In this document: in pieces, positions 10,267 to 19,702 of the stretch | Layout of the letters: the number at the start of each line of letters is the position of its first letter | Position numbering within the stretch: the first letter of the stretch is position 1 | NCBI GenBank assembly: GCA_002432635.1 | Contig: DJFX01000043.1 | Coordinates: 90,173-154,172, forward strand | DNA from: Halothiobacillaceae bacterium UBA5861 | GTDB lineage: Bacteria > Pseudomonadota > Gammaproteobacteria > UBA5861 | Length of the DNA stretch: 64,000 nt | Direction: 5' to 3' | Notes under the pieces: model-generated | Databases searched by the model: none | Seen by the model: only the letters and a program-made list of their open reading frames with translations | Told to the model about the DNA's origin: nothing | Translations under genes and position numbers: made by a program

Positions 10267-10961
10267 GCGCGGGCAAAAGTCCAGATATCCACGCGAGAAG
10301 CGCCGGCTTTTTTCAGTACTCGGGCGATTTCATTAGCCGTTGCACCGGAGGTCATCACATCATCAATCACGGTGATATGTTCTCCATTGATGTGGCGGTT
10401 GACTGAGAAGATGCCACGGATATTTTTTTGCCGGGCTTTTGCAGGCAGTGACATTTGAGGAACGGAATGAATGTTCCGTTTGATGAGGTGTTTTTCCAAC
10501 GGCGCATTCAAAAGTTTGGCCAGTGTGCGGGCGATTTCTGCGGACTGATTAAAGCCTCTTTCCCGGTAACGGGATGGGTGAAGCGGGACGGGTGTAAGCA
10601 AGCTGGGTGGGAGGTGATTGTTTGCTGACAGACTTGTTGCCATCAGCTCACCGATCAGTTTGAGACTAGCGAGGTCCTGATTAAACTTTCCCCGCAGAAT
10701 GAAATCACTGATCGGCCGCGCATACGGGTAAGACGAAATGACCTGATCGAATGCAGGTGGTGACTTGATGCAGCGCCCGCATAATATTTTTTGTGATGGT
10801 ATGTGACCGGTTAAAGGGGCGAGACAGTGACTACAACCTGCTTTTAGCTGAGGTAAATCTGCGAGGCAAGGGGTGCACAATGCTTGGCGCGTATCACAGC
10901 ATGTGCTTCCACAGAGTAGACACCTCTCTGGCAACCGTAGATGAGGCCCTTTAAAGATCAT
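10263..10961 (-). CDS. ComF family protein (phosphoribosyltransferase-like, N-terminal Cys-rich zinc ribbon)
   Basis: N-terminal CxxC...CxxC pairs and a C-terminal PRTase motif (VIDDVMTSGATANE). Confidence 0.85.
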   Translation of the reverse strand: MIFKGPHLRLPERCLLCGSTCCDTRQALCTPCLADLPQLKAGCSHCLAPLTGHIPSQKILCGRCIKSPPAFDQVISSYPYARPISDFILRGKFNQDLASLKLIGELMATSLSANNHLPPSLLTPVPLHPSRYRERGFNQSAEIARTLAKLLNAPLEKHLIKRNIHSVPQMSLPAKARQKNIRGIFSVNRHINGEHITVIDDVMTSGATANEIARVLKKAGASRVDIWTFARA

Positions 10962-11277
10962 TGTTGTGTTGAATTTTCCTGTAAAACGTCTTTAATTTCT
11001 CTTAATAACTGAGCGATATCTTTTATCTATTAAAATTTATACTTGTGTCAATAAAGTTAAACGACCCTTGGGTTAAAATTGCCAAGCACGCGTGGGAGCA
11101 CTCATTGAAATCTTTCCTTTGCAGATAAAGGTCGTTAGGATACGCCCGGGAAAGGATTGAAGGCATGTGTTCGATGTAAGTGGTGCCCTAACTACAGGCC
11201 TGTAAAGGCTTATTCATGAAAATTGGCGGCGCGGATTGTTGATTGTGGCAACTTGAGAAGTGACAGGGAGAATGTGA

Positions 11278-12033
11278 ATGCAGTTTACGGTGACTCACCT
11301 CATTGAATCAATTATCAGCCCGCCTGCCGGGCCTTTGTTTTTAATCGTTATTGGTGTTTTTCTCATTCGAAAACTTCCCAAGTTAGGCTACTCCCTTTCA
11401 GTCGCCGGGCTGGCCGTTCTATTTCTCGCAAGTATACCGGTCATCTCATATGCCTTGGTTGATAGTCTTGAGTCGGGCTATCCACCGCTTCAGAAGGCGC
11501 CGAGTACGGCTCAGGCCATTGTGGTTGTCGGGGGCGGACAGAATTACAATCGGCCTGATTTCAATGGCGATACGATCAGCGGTTACGGGCTGGAACGACT
11601 GCGTTACGCTGCACATTTACACGAAATGACAGGGCTACCTTTGTTGATCTCAGGTGGGACACGACTTCACTCGGAAGTCAGTGAGGCCGCATTGATGAAA
11701 GATGTGCTTGAAAAAGAGTTTAAAGTCGAAGTTAAGTGGCTCGAGGAAACCAGTAACAATACCTACGAAAACGTTCAACACATGGCCACCATGCTAGAAC
11801 GGTATGGCATTTCCAGTGTGGTGGTTGTAACACATGCCTGGCACATGCCGAGAACAATGTGGGCGTTCAATGAGGTAGGCATTCAAGCGACGCCCGCGCC
11901 AACGGCTTTTAATGAAGGCAACCCTATCGAAATGGGTATTAATGCTTTTTTACCTCAGGCCAATGCGTTGATGGTCACCCGGGTGGTTTTTCATGAGGTG
12001 ATGGGACGTCTCTGGTATCAAATCCGTTACTAG
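11278..12033 (+). CDS. DUF218 (YdcF/ElyC family) membrane-anchored protein
   Basis: Two N-terminal hydrophobic helices, then a DUF218-like core (AIVVVGGG...YENVQHMA...VVVVTHAWHMPR). Confidence 0.75.
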   Translation: MQFTVTHLIESIISPPAGPLFLIVIGVFLIRKLPKLGYSLSVAGLAVLFLASIPVISYALVDSLESGYPPLQKAPSTAQAIVVVGGGQNYNRPDFNGDTISGYGLERLRYAAHLHEMTGLPLLISGGTRLHSEVSEAALMKDVLEKEFKVEVKWLEETSNNTYENVQHMATMLERYGISSVVVVTHAWHMPRTMWAFNEVGIQATPAPTAFNEGNPIEMGINAFLPQANALMVTRVVFHEVMGRLWYQIRY

Positions 12034-12045
12034 AGCGAAAGGTAC

Positions 12046-13197
12046 TCATTGGTGATGGCAAGCCAGGGCTGTTTCGAGGCGTTTGAGCGCTTCAAGTAAT
12101 GTTACTTGAGTGCAGCCAAAGTTTAACCTGATGAAGCGGCTGTCACCGAACTCTTTCCCTGACGAGAAGCCAAGTCCAAAAGATTCAAAATATTGAACAG
12201 GATTTTCGAGGCCCAGTTGTTCAATATTGATCCATGCAAGGTAAGTTCCTTCGACCTTTGTCATGGATAACGGCGCTAGCTGATGGATTTTCGTGTTGAG
12301 CAGATCCCTATTTTGCCGAAGGTAGATAAGTAATTGCTGCCGCCAGTCCTCACTATCGCGAAAAGCAGCCAGTGCCGCATCGAAGGCAAAAGGGGAGATG
12401 GAAGGCAAAATACTTTTGGTGGCGGAAGTAAATTGCTTTCTCAAATGTCGATCCGGAATGATCGCGAAAGAAGCGTTGAGCCCGGCCAGGTTAAACGTTT
12501 TGCTGGGCGCCATTAATGTGATTGTTTTATCCGCGATTTCAGGTGCGGCAACCGCGATGGGGATGTGCTTTTTATGCTCATCCAAGATCAGGCCACAGTG
12601 AATATCATCACTGCAAATCACGACGTTATGTTGAGCACACAGTGAAGCCAGGTGCCGTAATTCGTCCTTGTTGAAGACTGTACCGGTGGGGTTGTGAGGG
12701 TTGCACAGCATAAACAAGGCCGTTTTTGCTGTAAATGCGGCTTCAAGTGCGTCGAAATCAAACGTCCAGCGCCCCTGCTTCAGTTGCAGAGGAACGGTTC
12801 TCAGCTGCCTGTTTGAGCGCTCTGGTACGTGCAAAAAATGATGGTAGATGGGAGTGCAACATATCGATTCGTCGTCAGGTTTACCGATAGCGCGACACGC
12901 AGCACTGAGACCGGGAACAACCCCGGGTAACCAGACAATCCAGTCTTCCTCAATAGGCCAGTCGTAGTGCTCTTTGAGCATTTTGATGACGACCTGGGTT
13001 AATTCCTCAGGAGGTAATGAGTAGCCAAAAATACCGTATTCAACACGTTTTTTGAGCGCGCGGGTGATTGCCGGAGCGACACGAAAATCCATGTCGGCAA
13101 CCCATAGAGGCAGGATGTCGGTTCCCTGATATTTATCCCACTTCAGGCTGTTTGAGTGGCGGCGTTCCATCACTTCGTCAAAGTTGTAGGTCGTCAT
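12046..13197 (-). CDS. PLP-dependent C-S lyase / aminotransferase, MalY/PatB family
   Basis: 383 aa with class I/II aminotransferase features (NPHNPTG, SPSKTFNLAGL with the PLP lysine). Confidence 0.85.
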   Translation of the reverse strand: MTTYNFDEVMERRHSNSLKWDKYQGTDILPLWVADMDFRVAPAITRALKKRVEYGIFGYSLPPEELTQVVIKMLKEHYDWPIEEDWIVWLPGVVPGLSAACRAIGKPDDESICCTPIYHHFLHVPERSNRQLRTVPLQLKQGRWTFDFDALEAAFTAKTALFMLCNPHNPTGTVFNKDELRHLASLCAQHNVVICSDDIHCGLILDEHKKHIPIAVAAPEIADKTITLMAPSKTFNLAGLNASFAIIPDRHLRKQFTSATKSILPSISPFAFDAALAAFRDSEDWRQQLLIYLRQNRDLLNTKIHQLAPLSMTKVEGTYLAWINIEQLGLENPVQYFESFGLGFSSGKEFGDSRFIRLNFGCTQVTLLEALKRLETALACHHQ

Positions 13198-13201
13198 GGT
13201 T

Positions 13202-13804
13202 TCAACGGGTGATTTTTTTCAAGGTTTCTAAGAGGCGTTGTAGTGCTTGGCTGCGATGGCTGTATTGGCGTTTTTCTGCAGGAAGCAGTTGGGCGGCAGT
13301 ACATTTTAATGCCGGGATGTAAAACAGAGGGTCGTAACCAAAACCTTGTTCACCCTCCAGAGAGTGGCTGACACACCCTTCCCAGGTGCCTTCTGCGATG
13401 ACCGGCGACGGGTCGTTAGCATGCCGGAGGTAAACGAGTACACAACGAAACCGAGCGGTGCGTTTATGAGCGGGGATATCCTTGAGTGCCTCAAGGAGTT
13501 TTTGATTGTTTAAGGCGTCGGTGGCGTGTTCCCCAGCGTAACGGGCAGAATAGATGCCCGGTGCGCCGTTCAATGCGTCGACTTCCAGTCCCGAGTCATC
13601 GGCCAAAGCCGGTCGTTGGCTGTGCTCAGCCGCATTACGGGCCTTTAAAATGGCGTTTTCGACAAAGCTCAAGCCCGTCTCTTCAGCTTCGGGTGTGTCG
13701 AACAGACTTTGTGGGAGGATTTCAAGATCCAGAGGCGCAAGTAACTCAGAGAACTCTTTGATCTTTCCCGGGTTTCCTGAGGCTAGCACCACTTGTGGCA
13801 TCAA
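13202..13804 (-). CDS. rdgB: Non-canonical purine NTP pyrophosphatase (RdgB/HAM1)
   Basis: 200 aa with [23 protein letters not shown] and GFGYDPLF. Its ATG overlaps the rph stop (ATGA). Confidence 0.92.
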   Translation of the reverse strand: MMPQVVLASGNPGKIKEFSELLAPLDLEILPQSLFDTPEAEETGLSFVENAILKARNAAEHSQRPALADDSGLEVDALNGAPGIYSARYAGEHATDALNNQKLLEALKDIPAHKRTARFRCVLVYLRHANDPSPVIAEGTWEGCVSHSLEGEQGFGYDPLFYIPALKCTAAQLLPAEKRQYSHRSQALQRLLETLKKITR

Positions 13805-14517
13805 GATTCCAGTGAGCGACGTTGGTTGTCGATAATGGACTGTATTCCCTCTTTTGACAAGGCGAGCATTTGCTCCAGTTCACCCATATGAAACGCATGA
13901 CCTTCAGCAGTGCCTTGGATTTCGATAAAAGCGCCGGCTTCATTCATGACAACATTCATATCGGTCTCTGCTTCGGAGTCTTCCGCATAGTCCAGGTCCA
14001 GTACGGGTTGTCCTCGGTAAATTCCAACGGATACCGCAGCAACTGCGCCGTGGACTGGGCTTCGTTTGATGATCCTCTTGTTGATGAGGTAGTTCACCGC
14101 ATCCAATAACGCCACATAGCTTCCGGAAATGGCTGCGGTACGGGTGCCACCATCGGCCTGTATGACATCACAATCGATGGTAATTGTACGCTCGCCCAGC
14201 GCTTTCATATCAATAACGGCCCTGAGCGAGCGCCCGATTAAGCGTTGGATTTCTTGTGTACGGCCGCTTTGTTTACCCGCAGAGGCTTCTCTTCGCATAC
14301 GAGAACCTGTGGATCGGGGCAGCATTCCGTATTCGGCTGTGACCCAGCCGCTCCCAGTGTTACGTAAAAAAGGTGGCGTACGATCTTCCACGCTGGCGGT
14401 ACAGATCACTTTGGTATTGCCAAACTCAACCAATACGGAACCTTCCGCATGCTGGGTAAAATGTCGTGTGATGTGGATAGGGCGAAGTTCGTTATTTTTT
14501 CGGCCGCTGGGTCTCAT
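13801..14517 (-). CDS. rph: Ribonuclease PH
   Basis: 238 aa with [32 protein letters not shown] and [13 protein letters not shown]. Confidence 0.96.
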   Translation of the reverse strand: MRPSGRKNNELRPIHITRHFTQHAEGSVLVEFGNTKVICTASVEDRTPPFLRNTGSGWVTAEYGMLPRSTGSRMRREASAGKQSGRTQEIQRLIGRSLRAVIDMKALGERTITIDCDVIQADGGTRTAAISGSYVALLDAVNYLINKRIIKRSPVHGAVAAVSVGIYRGQPVLDLDYAEDSEAETDMNVVMNEAGAFIEIQGTAEGHAFHMGELEQMLALSKEGIQSIIDNQRRSLES

Positions 14518-14735
14518 TCATTACATCCTGTCTGTTCATTGTCGTCACCGGGTGGCATCGCCTGAGAAAGCACCCTTCAAGCTCAGATTCCCTCGGACAA
14601 AGATAAAAAGGCCGAGATTATACAGTGATCAGGTCCTAAAATCGCTGATTACTGATGAGCATGCGACCCGGGATCGTCAGCCGTCATCTTGACGTATAAT
14701 AGTCGCCTTATTCATGAAACACGAGAGATGCGTGC

Positions 14736-15602
14736 ATGGTCAAGAGTATGACGGCCTACGGCCGACAAGAAATCCGTACACAGTGGGGTGAGCTCAGTTG
14801 TGAGTTGCGTTCAGTGAACCACCGCTATCTGGAAGTTTCCACACGTTTGCCTGAGGAGCTCAAAGCATTGGAGGCGCGTCTGCGCGAGCTTGTGTCCAAA
14901 CAGGTCAAGCGCGGTAAAGTTGATTGCACCTTCCGGTTCAAGGCGAGCGGAGAGCGTATCGGCCGTTTGAATCTTAATGAAGCTGCGGTCACGGATCTGA
15001 TTGACACCTACCAACAACTTCAGCAGCGGCTCGGTAGTGACCGGCTATTAAACCCTTTGGATGTGCTCAAGTGGCCAGGTGTGGTGGTCGAACAGGAGCA
15101 GGATATTGAGCAGCTACATACAGCTGCTATCGAGTTACTTGAAGGCGCGTTGAAAGACCTGATCGATACGCGTCAACGTGAGGGTGAGAAGTTAAAGGCA
15201 CTGATCCTGCACCGTTGTGAGGGCATCGAAGTGGTGCGCCAGTCTGTCAGTACGGATATCCCTCAAATAATGCAACGGTTACGCGAGCGTTTACAAACCC
15301 GTCTGGATGAGCTGTCCGTTGAGCCTGACTCACAACGTCTGGAGCAGGAATTGGCCTTTAGTGCGCAGAAAATGGATGTTGCTGAGGAATTGGATCGGCT
15401 GAAAGCGCATGTCGAAGAAGTCAAGGCTGTTTTAAATAGAAAGGAACCGATCGGCCGACGCCTGGATTTTTTGATGCAAGAGTTGAATCGTGAGGCAAAC
15501 ACATTGGGGTCAAAGTCTTACGACAGCGAAACCACCAAAAAATCTGTTGAGCTCAAAGTTCTGGTAGAACAAATGCGAGAACAAATCCAGAATATCGAGT
15601 AG
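14736..15602 (+). CDS. yicC: YicC family stress-induced protein
   Basis: 288 aa starting MTAYGR, with a C-terminal DFLMQELNREANTLGSK motif. It is divergent from rph, as in E. coli. Confidence 0.9.
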   Translation: MVKSMTAYGRQEIRTQWGELSCELRSVNHRYLEVSTRLPEELKALEARLRELVSKQVKRGKVDCTFRFKASGERIGRLNLNEAAVTDLIDTYQQLQQRLGSDRLLNPLDVLKWPGVVVEQEQDIEQLHTAAIELLEGALKDLIDTRQREGEKLKALILHRCEGIEVVRQSVSTDIPQIMQRLRERLQTRLDELSVEPDSQRLEQELAFSAQKMDVAEELDRLKAHVEEVKAVLNRKEPIGRRLDFLMQELNREANTLGSKSYDSETTKKSVELKVLVEQMREQIQNIE

Positions 15603-15687
15603 TTTTTTGCACGGGTCCGCTCAAAAAATCTGTTGGTTTTTAGAACAATATTTAATTTTTCAGCGCGATCATTTTCTGGCGCTGAGC

Positions 15688-16350
15688 TCACTGCCTGAGA
15701 TAGTGGTTGTATTTTTTCAGTACACGTTTGACGTATTTTTGAGTTTCCGCATAGGGAGGAATTCCCTTATATTTCTTAACGGCGGTTGGGCCCGCATTGT
15801 AGGCCGCCAGGGCAAGCTTTTTGTCCTGGTCAAAGGCTTTTAAAAGCTGACTGAAATAGCGTGTGCCTCCCTGAATATTGTCGATGGGATCAAAACTGTT
15901 TCTTACGCCCAGTATTTTCGCCGTGCGGGGCATCAGCTGCATAAGCCCCTGAGCACCTACCCGGGATACCGCATGCTGGTCAAAGCACGACTCTGTCCAA
16001 ATGATTGATTTTATCAGCAGCGGGCTCACATCATGCTGCTTGGCATAGATGTCAATGATCCGGTCATACGGCCGGGTTCTTTGTCTTTGTTCGTGCAGCG
16101 ACAAGCCGTAGCAGGATTTGTACGTACCTTGTCGGTTGTACACGTTAACCAACGTGAATTTGTTTTTGTCACGGGATTTAGGCTCAATATTCGTGAACCA
16201 GATGGTGCCGTCTTTTTCCTTATAGACGTAGGTTTCATTGGCCAAGAGCGAAACAGGTAAGAGACTGGATAGGGTGATCAATATCAGCCGTAAGCTTATT
16301 TTTTTGCCAATTTGAGACGCTGTCGTGTTCATTTTTCTGGTATCGGCCAT
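15688..16350 (-). CDS. Lytic transglycosylase (SLT domain), secreted or lipoprotein-like
   Basis: N-terminal hydrophobic signal and an SLT catalytic region (IWTESCFDQHAVSRVGAQGLMQLMP...AYNAGP). Confidence 0.85.
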   Translation of the reverse strand: MADTRKMNTTASQIGKKISLRLILITLSSLLPVSLLANETYVYKEKDGTIWFTNIEPKSRDKNKFTLVNVYNRQGTYKSCYGLSLHEQRQRTRPYDRIIDIYAKQHDVSPLLIKSIIWTESCFDQHAVSRVGAQGLMQLMPRTAKILGVRNSFDPIDNIQGGTRYFSQLLKAFDQDKKLALAAYNAGPTAVKKYKGIPPYAETQKYVKRVLKKYNHYLRQ

Positions 16351-16523
16351 ACTTTCAGAAAAGTTAATGATGACGAACGTATTGTCTCGCGGACTTAGTG
16401 GCTTCCGTTTGTGCTCCCCTGAGTTTGCATAAGAAGGCGCTCCTATCTATAAATTAAGTATTATCTGAGAATGAACATATAGAGGTTACCGCGGCAGTCA
16501 GGAAGGCGGGCCGTGTAGTTATT

Positions 16524-17480
16524 ATGGAAAATCGAATTCAGTGGAGTAAATTTTGGCAGGCGGAAAGCTTGCTTGCGACTTCAAATTCAGTTGAGCAATT
16601 AACTCGGGTGTTGGGGCAGGAGTATCGTGAAGCGTTAGGGCTTGAGGTTATCAAACTATTGGTGTTTGCGGAGAATGCCGAACATTTTTTCAGTGAAACC
16701 AAAGAAGGTGCGGCGATTACTCAGCAGACCATCAGCCTTGTCCCTTATCAGGCTGAGCTTCACTACCATTCTTTGGGACGTGATTTGACGGGAGGCTCTG
16801 TCGCCAGCATCCCACTTGTTAATGGAGGCCAACCCATTGGTTTGCTGTTGATGGGACACGCAGAGGTGTGGCCAGACAGTGATTTGACGCAGGTATTTTT
16901 ATCGCGAACGGCGGATATCGTTGTGCTGTGCTTAAATTCTCTCCAAGGGCGTCGGGCGTTTGAGGATGTTTTAATTCGCGACCCATTAACCCAGCTGTAC
17001 AATCGTCGATACTTCAACGACCGCATCAATCAAGAGCTGTCGAAGGCCAGCCGCAGTGACTGGTCTGTCTGCTGCATTGCATTTGATATTGATTTTTTCA
17101 AGCATGTCAATGACACCTTTGGCTATGCCGCGGGCGACAGCCTACTTTTTCAAGTTGGACAGCGGGCGGAGGATTTACTACGGTCGGGTGAGTTGCTTGC
17201 ACGCACCGGTGGTGAAGAGTTCAGCGTGCTGCTTTCGGATGCGCCCATGAAAGTTGGCAAAGTGGTGGCTGAACGTATTCGCCGCTCAGTGGAGAAAGAG
17301 CCGTTTGAATTACCAGGGGGTGAGTCAATCCAGGTGACCATTTCTTGTGGTGTGGCCCAAGCAAGAAAACAAGTTGGTTATACTAAGAGTGCAGCCGATG
17401 ACTTGATCGACCGCAGTGCTAAAGCTCTATCTGATGCAAAGGCGCTTGGGCGGAATCGAGTGGTTGCTGCTTCGTTGTAA
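16524..17480 (+). CDS. Diguanylate cyclase (GAF-like N-terminal sensor plus GGDEF domain)
   Basis: RDPLTQLYNRRYF, DIDFFKHVNDTFG and an intact GGEEF active site. The I-site position reads RSGE rather than RxxD. Confidence 0.85.
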   Translation: MENRIQWSKFWQAESLLATSNSVEQLTRVLGQEYREALGLEVIKLLVFAENAEHFFSETKEGAAITQQTISLVPYQAELHYHSLGRDLTGGSVASIPLVNGGQPIGLLLMGHAEVWPDSDLTQVFLSRTADIVVLCLNSLQGRRAFEDVLIRDPLTQLYNRRYFNDRINQELSKASRSDWSVCCIAFDIDFFKHVNDTFGYAAGDSLLFQVGQRAEDLLRSGELLARTGGEEFSVLLSDAPMKVGKVVAERIRRSVEKEPFELPGGESIQVTISCGVAQARKQVGYTKSAADDLIDRSAKALSDAKALGRNRVVAASL

Positions 17481-17544
17481 CGGCGAGCGTGTCTCCGCCA
17501 GATATTTCAGGCAGTGTGATGCGTGAGCTGATGGAATCAGTAGG

Positions 17545-19341
17545 GTGTTATCGGTGAAAAACGTTCATTATCGAATTGCGGCGGCATCGCCAGAAGCGCA
17601 TATCTTTCATGTCACATGTACCATTCTTCAGCCGGATGCGAACGGACAGAAGTTCACGTTGCCCAACTGGATCCCAGGCAGTTACATGATTCGCGATTTT
17701 GCGAAGAACCTTGTAGAAATTCATGCTTACAGTAATGGTCAAGCGGTCCCGATCGAAAAGGTGGATAAAAGTACCTGGGCGTGCCGTCCGGTAAGCGGGG
17801 TACTCCATCTAGAATATGATGTCTATGCGTGGGATTTGTCCGTTCGCTCGGCACATCTGGATACCACCCATGGTTTTTTCAACGGCACCAGTGTGTTCGT
17901 CTGTGTAAATGGTCAGGAAGAAGAAGCCTGTTCCGTTGAAATTTGTACCCCTGCTGCCCACCTGGAGGACTGGCAAGTGGCCACAGCCATGCGCAGCACA
18001 GAAATAAATACGCAAGGTTTTGGTCACTACGTGGCAGACAATTACGATGAGCTCATTGATCACCCCGTTGAAATGGGGCGTTTTACCCGTCATGTTTTTG
18101 AAGCGGGAGGTGTGCCTCATGAACTGATTTTAACCGGTCAGTTCTCAACGGATGTTGCACGCATTTGTGCCGATCTCAAGGTGATCTGTGAGCACCACCT
18201 TCAATTTTTCGGTGGTGAGGCGCCGTTTGACCACTACCTTTTTCTCGTCATGGTTGTGGGCGAAGGGTATGGCGGGCTTGAACACCGCTCCTCTACAAGT
18301 TTGATCACATCTCGTGAAAGTTTGCCGGTTCAAGGCGATACAGCCATTTCGGATGCATACCTTGAATTTCTTGGGCTGTGTAGCCACGAATATTTTCACA
18401 ATTGGAATGTCAAACGCATCAAGCCAGCAGTATTTGTCCCCTATCAGTTGGAAAAAGAAAGCTACACACGCCTGCTTTGGGCTTTTGAAGGCATCACATC
18501 TTATTACGATGATCTGGCCTTGGTGCGCAGCGGTTTGATCGATCATGAGCGTTATCTGGGGCTGTTGGCCAAAACACTCAGTCGCGTTTATCAGGGTACG
18601 GGGCGGCATAAACAGAGTGTCAGTGACTCCAGTTTTGATGCGTGGACAAAATTTTATAAACAAGATGAAAATGCGCCCAATGCGATCGTCAGCTACTACA
18701 CCAAAGGTGCTCTCATAGCGTTGGCGCTGGATTTGACCATCCGGTTTAAAACCGAAGGGAGACGCGGGTTGGACGATGTGATGCTTGCGTTGTGGGAAGA
18801 GTTTGGCATTCACCAACAGGGGGTAGGTGAAAAGGTGCTTGAGGAAAAAATTGCCGAGTACACAGGCGTTAACCTCAGCGCATTTTTCGATACAGCCTTG
18901 CGGGGTACAGAGGATATTGCGCTGGCCCCGTTACTCAAACAAGTGGGTGTTGAGCTAACATGGGGATATGCCTCAGAGCCATTGTTAAATGGCCGTGAAG
19001 AGCGCCAGCTGTCTGCACCATTGGCCTTGGGTCTAAAGATGTCGGGTTCAGATAGCGTTAAAGTCACACATGTGTTCGATGGGGGAGCTGCGCAAAAGGC
19101 CGGTATCTCTGCGGGTGATGAATTGCTGGCTTTTGATGGCTTGCGCGTAACACCCAAAAAGCTGGATCAGTTTTTGAAGCGCTGTCAGCAGGGACAAAGT
19201 GTGGTCATCATCGGTTTTCGTCGGGATGAATTAATGACGTTTACCGTTGTCTTGCAGCAGGCAGAAAAGAATACACCCTTACTGAAAATAACCGGCCAGT
19301 CACCGGAACGAGATGCGTGGTTAAGTCGCAAAGACACCTAG
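17545..19341 (+). CDS. M61 family metallopeptidase (glycyl aminopeptidase-like) with C-terminal PDZ domain
   Basis: 598 aa with an HEYFH zinc motif (HExxH), followed by NWNVKRI and a C-terminal PDZ-like segment (GGAAQKAGISAGDELLAFDG). Confidence 0.8.
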   Translation: MLSVKNVHYRIAAASPEAHIFHVTCTILQPDANGQKFTLPNWIPGSYMIRDFAKNLVEIHAYSNGQAVPIEKVDKSTWACRPVSGVLHLEYDVYAWDLSVRSAHLDTTHGFFNGTSVFVCVNGQEEEACSVEICTPAAHLEDWQVATAMRSTEINTQGFGHYVADNYDELIDHPVEMGRFTRHVFEAGGVPHELILTGQFSTDVARICADLKVICEHHLQFFGGEAPFDHYLFLVMVVGEGYGGLEHRSSTSLITSRESLPVQGDTAISDAYLEFLGLCSHEYFHNWNVKRIKPAVFVPYQLEKESYTRLLWAFEGITSYYDDLALVRSGLIDHERYLGLLAKTLSRVYQGTGRHKQSVSDSSFDAWTKFYKQDENAPNAIVSYYTKGALIALALDLTIRFKTEGRRGLDDVMLALWEEFGIHQQGVGEKVLEEKIAEYTGVNLSAFFDTALRGTEDIALAPLLKQVGVELTWGYASEPLLNGREERQLSAPLALGLKMSGSDSVKVTHVFDGGAAQKAGISAGDELLAFDGLRVTPKKLDQFLKRCQQGQSVVIIGFRRDELMTFTVVLQQAEKNTPLLKITGQSPERDAWLSRKDT

Positions 19342-19633
19342 CCAATAACCGTCTGATTTCATTGTGAGTCCAATGCAGCCGTTATCGTGAAGGCGGGCGG
19401 TCACGGGTTGAGACTATTTTTTTCTCTTCGGAAAGGGATGTGCTCTTCTCGATTTTACCATTGAGTGAAAAAAAACTTTATCCGTGGTGAACTTCTACTC
19501 ACAGCGTTAGTCCTAGCTCACAGGTATCCGAAAGGTGCCCAGTTTCCAGCCAATGTTGAACAAAGTCGTAGCCGTTACTGCTGTGAATGATTTGTTTCGA
19601 AACCTTTGCGCGATATGAGCTGGCGGAATCGGT

Positions 19634-19664
19634 ACTTGCATGAAACACGCATTTCATCGCAAGT
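19634..19664. promoter_or_regulatory. Imperfect 12-bp inverted repeat upstream of the DUF2282 precursor gene (candidate operator or 5'-UTR hairpin)
   Basis: ACTTGCATGAAA-cacgca-TTTCAT(c)GCAAGT, ending 39 nt before the ATG at 19703. Confidence 0.35.
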
Positions 19665-19702
19665 ACACAAACCACAATCTAACTAAAGTGAGGTATTTCA
19701 AC

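Noticed and set aside
15603-15687. Hairpins (TTTTTTG...CAAAAAA and CAGCGC-N12-GCGCTG) between the convergent yicC and SLT genes, considered as terminators.
   Set aside because: The first is an AU-only stem. The second lacks a U-tract on the downstream side for either strand. Neither is convincing enough to annotate.
18145-18816. A 223-aa minus-strand ORF inside the M61 peptidase gene. Similar antisense ORFs occur at 3112-3717 (in dnaJ), 5619-6107 (in dnaK), 51319-51936 (in rpoD), 59216-59725 (in the SDR gene), 31540-32013 (in the MCP gene), 60681-61118 (in the MATE gene), 26629-27081, 46788-47207 and 14129-14692.
   Set aside because: Each lies entirely or mostly antisense to a CDS with strong family-level sequence signatures. 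Their translations are low-complexity or Arg/Ser/Cys-rich with no motifs. These are typical shadow ORFs.
19553-19618. A 21-codon mini-ORF (MLNKVVAVTAVNDLFRNLCAI) in the region upstream of the precursor gene.
   Set aside because: It has no RBS, no recognisable features and no supporting context, so it is probably a chance ORF.
19621-19641. A sigma54-like motif, TGGCGGAATCGGTACTTGCAT, upstream of the bufferin-like operon.
   Set aside because: The GG-to-GC spacing is wrong: TGGC-N11-TTGC here, against TGGCAC-N5-TTGC in the consensus. No alternative register gives the required -24/-12 spacing.
19640-19702. The longer ORF-track start (MKHAFHRKYTNHNLTKVRYFN...) for the DUF2282 precursor.
   Set aside because: There is no SD upstream of 19640, and the extension would displace the Sec signal from the N-terminus. 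It also overlaps the 19634-19664 palindrome. The ATG at 19703 has a GTGAGG RBS and gives a canonical signal peptide.
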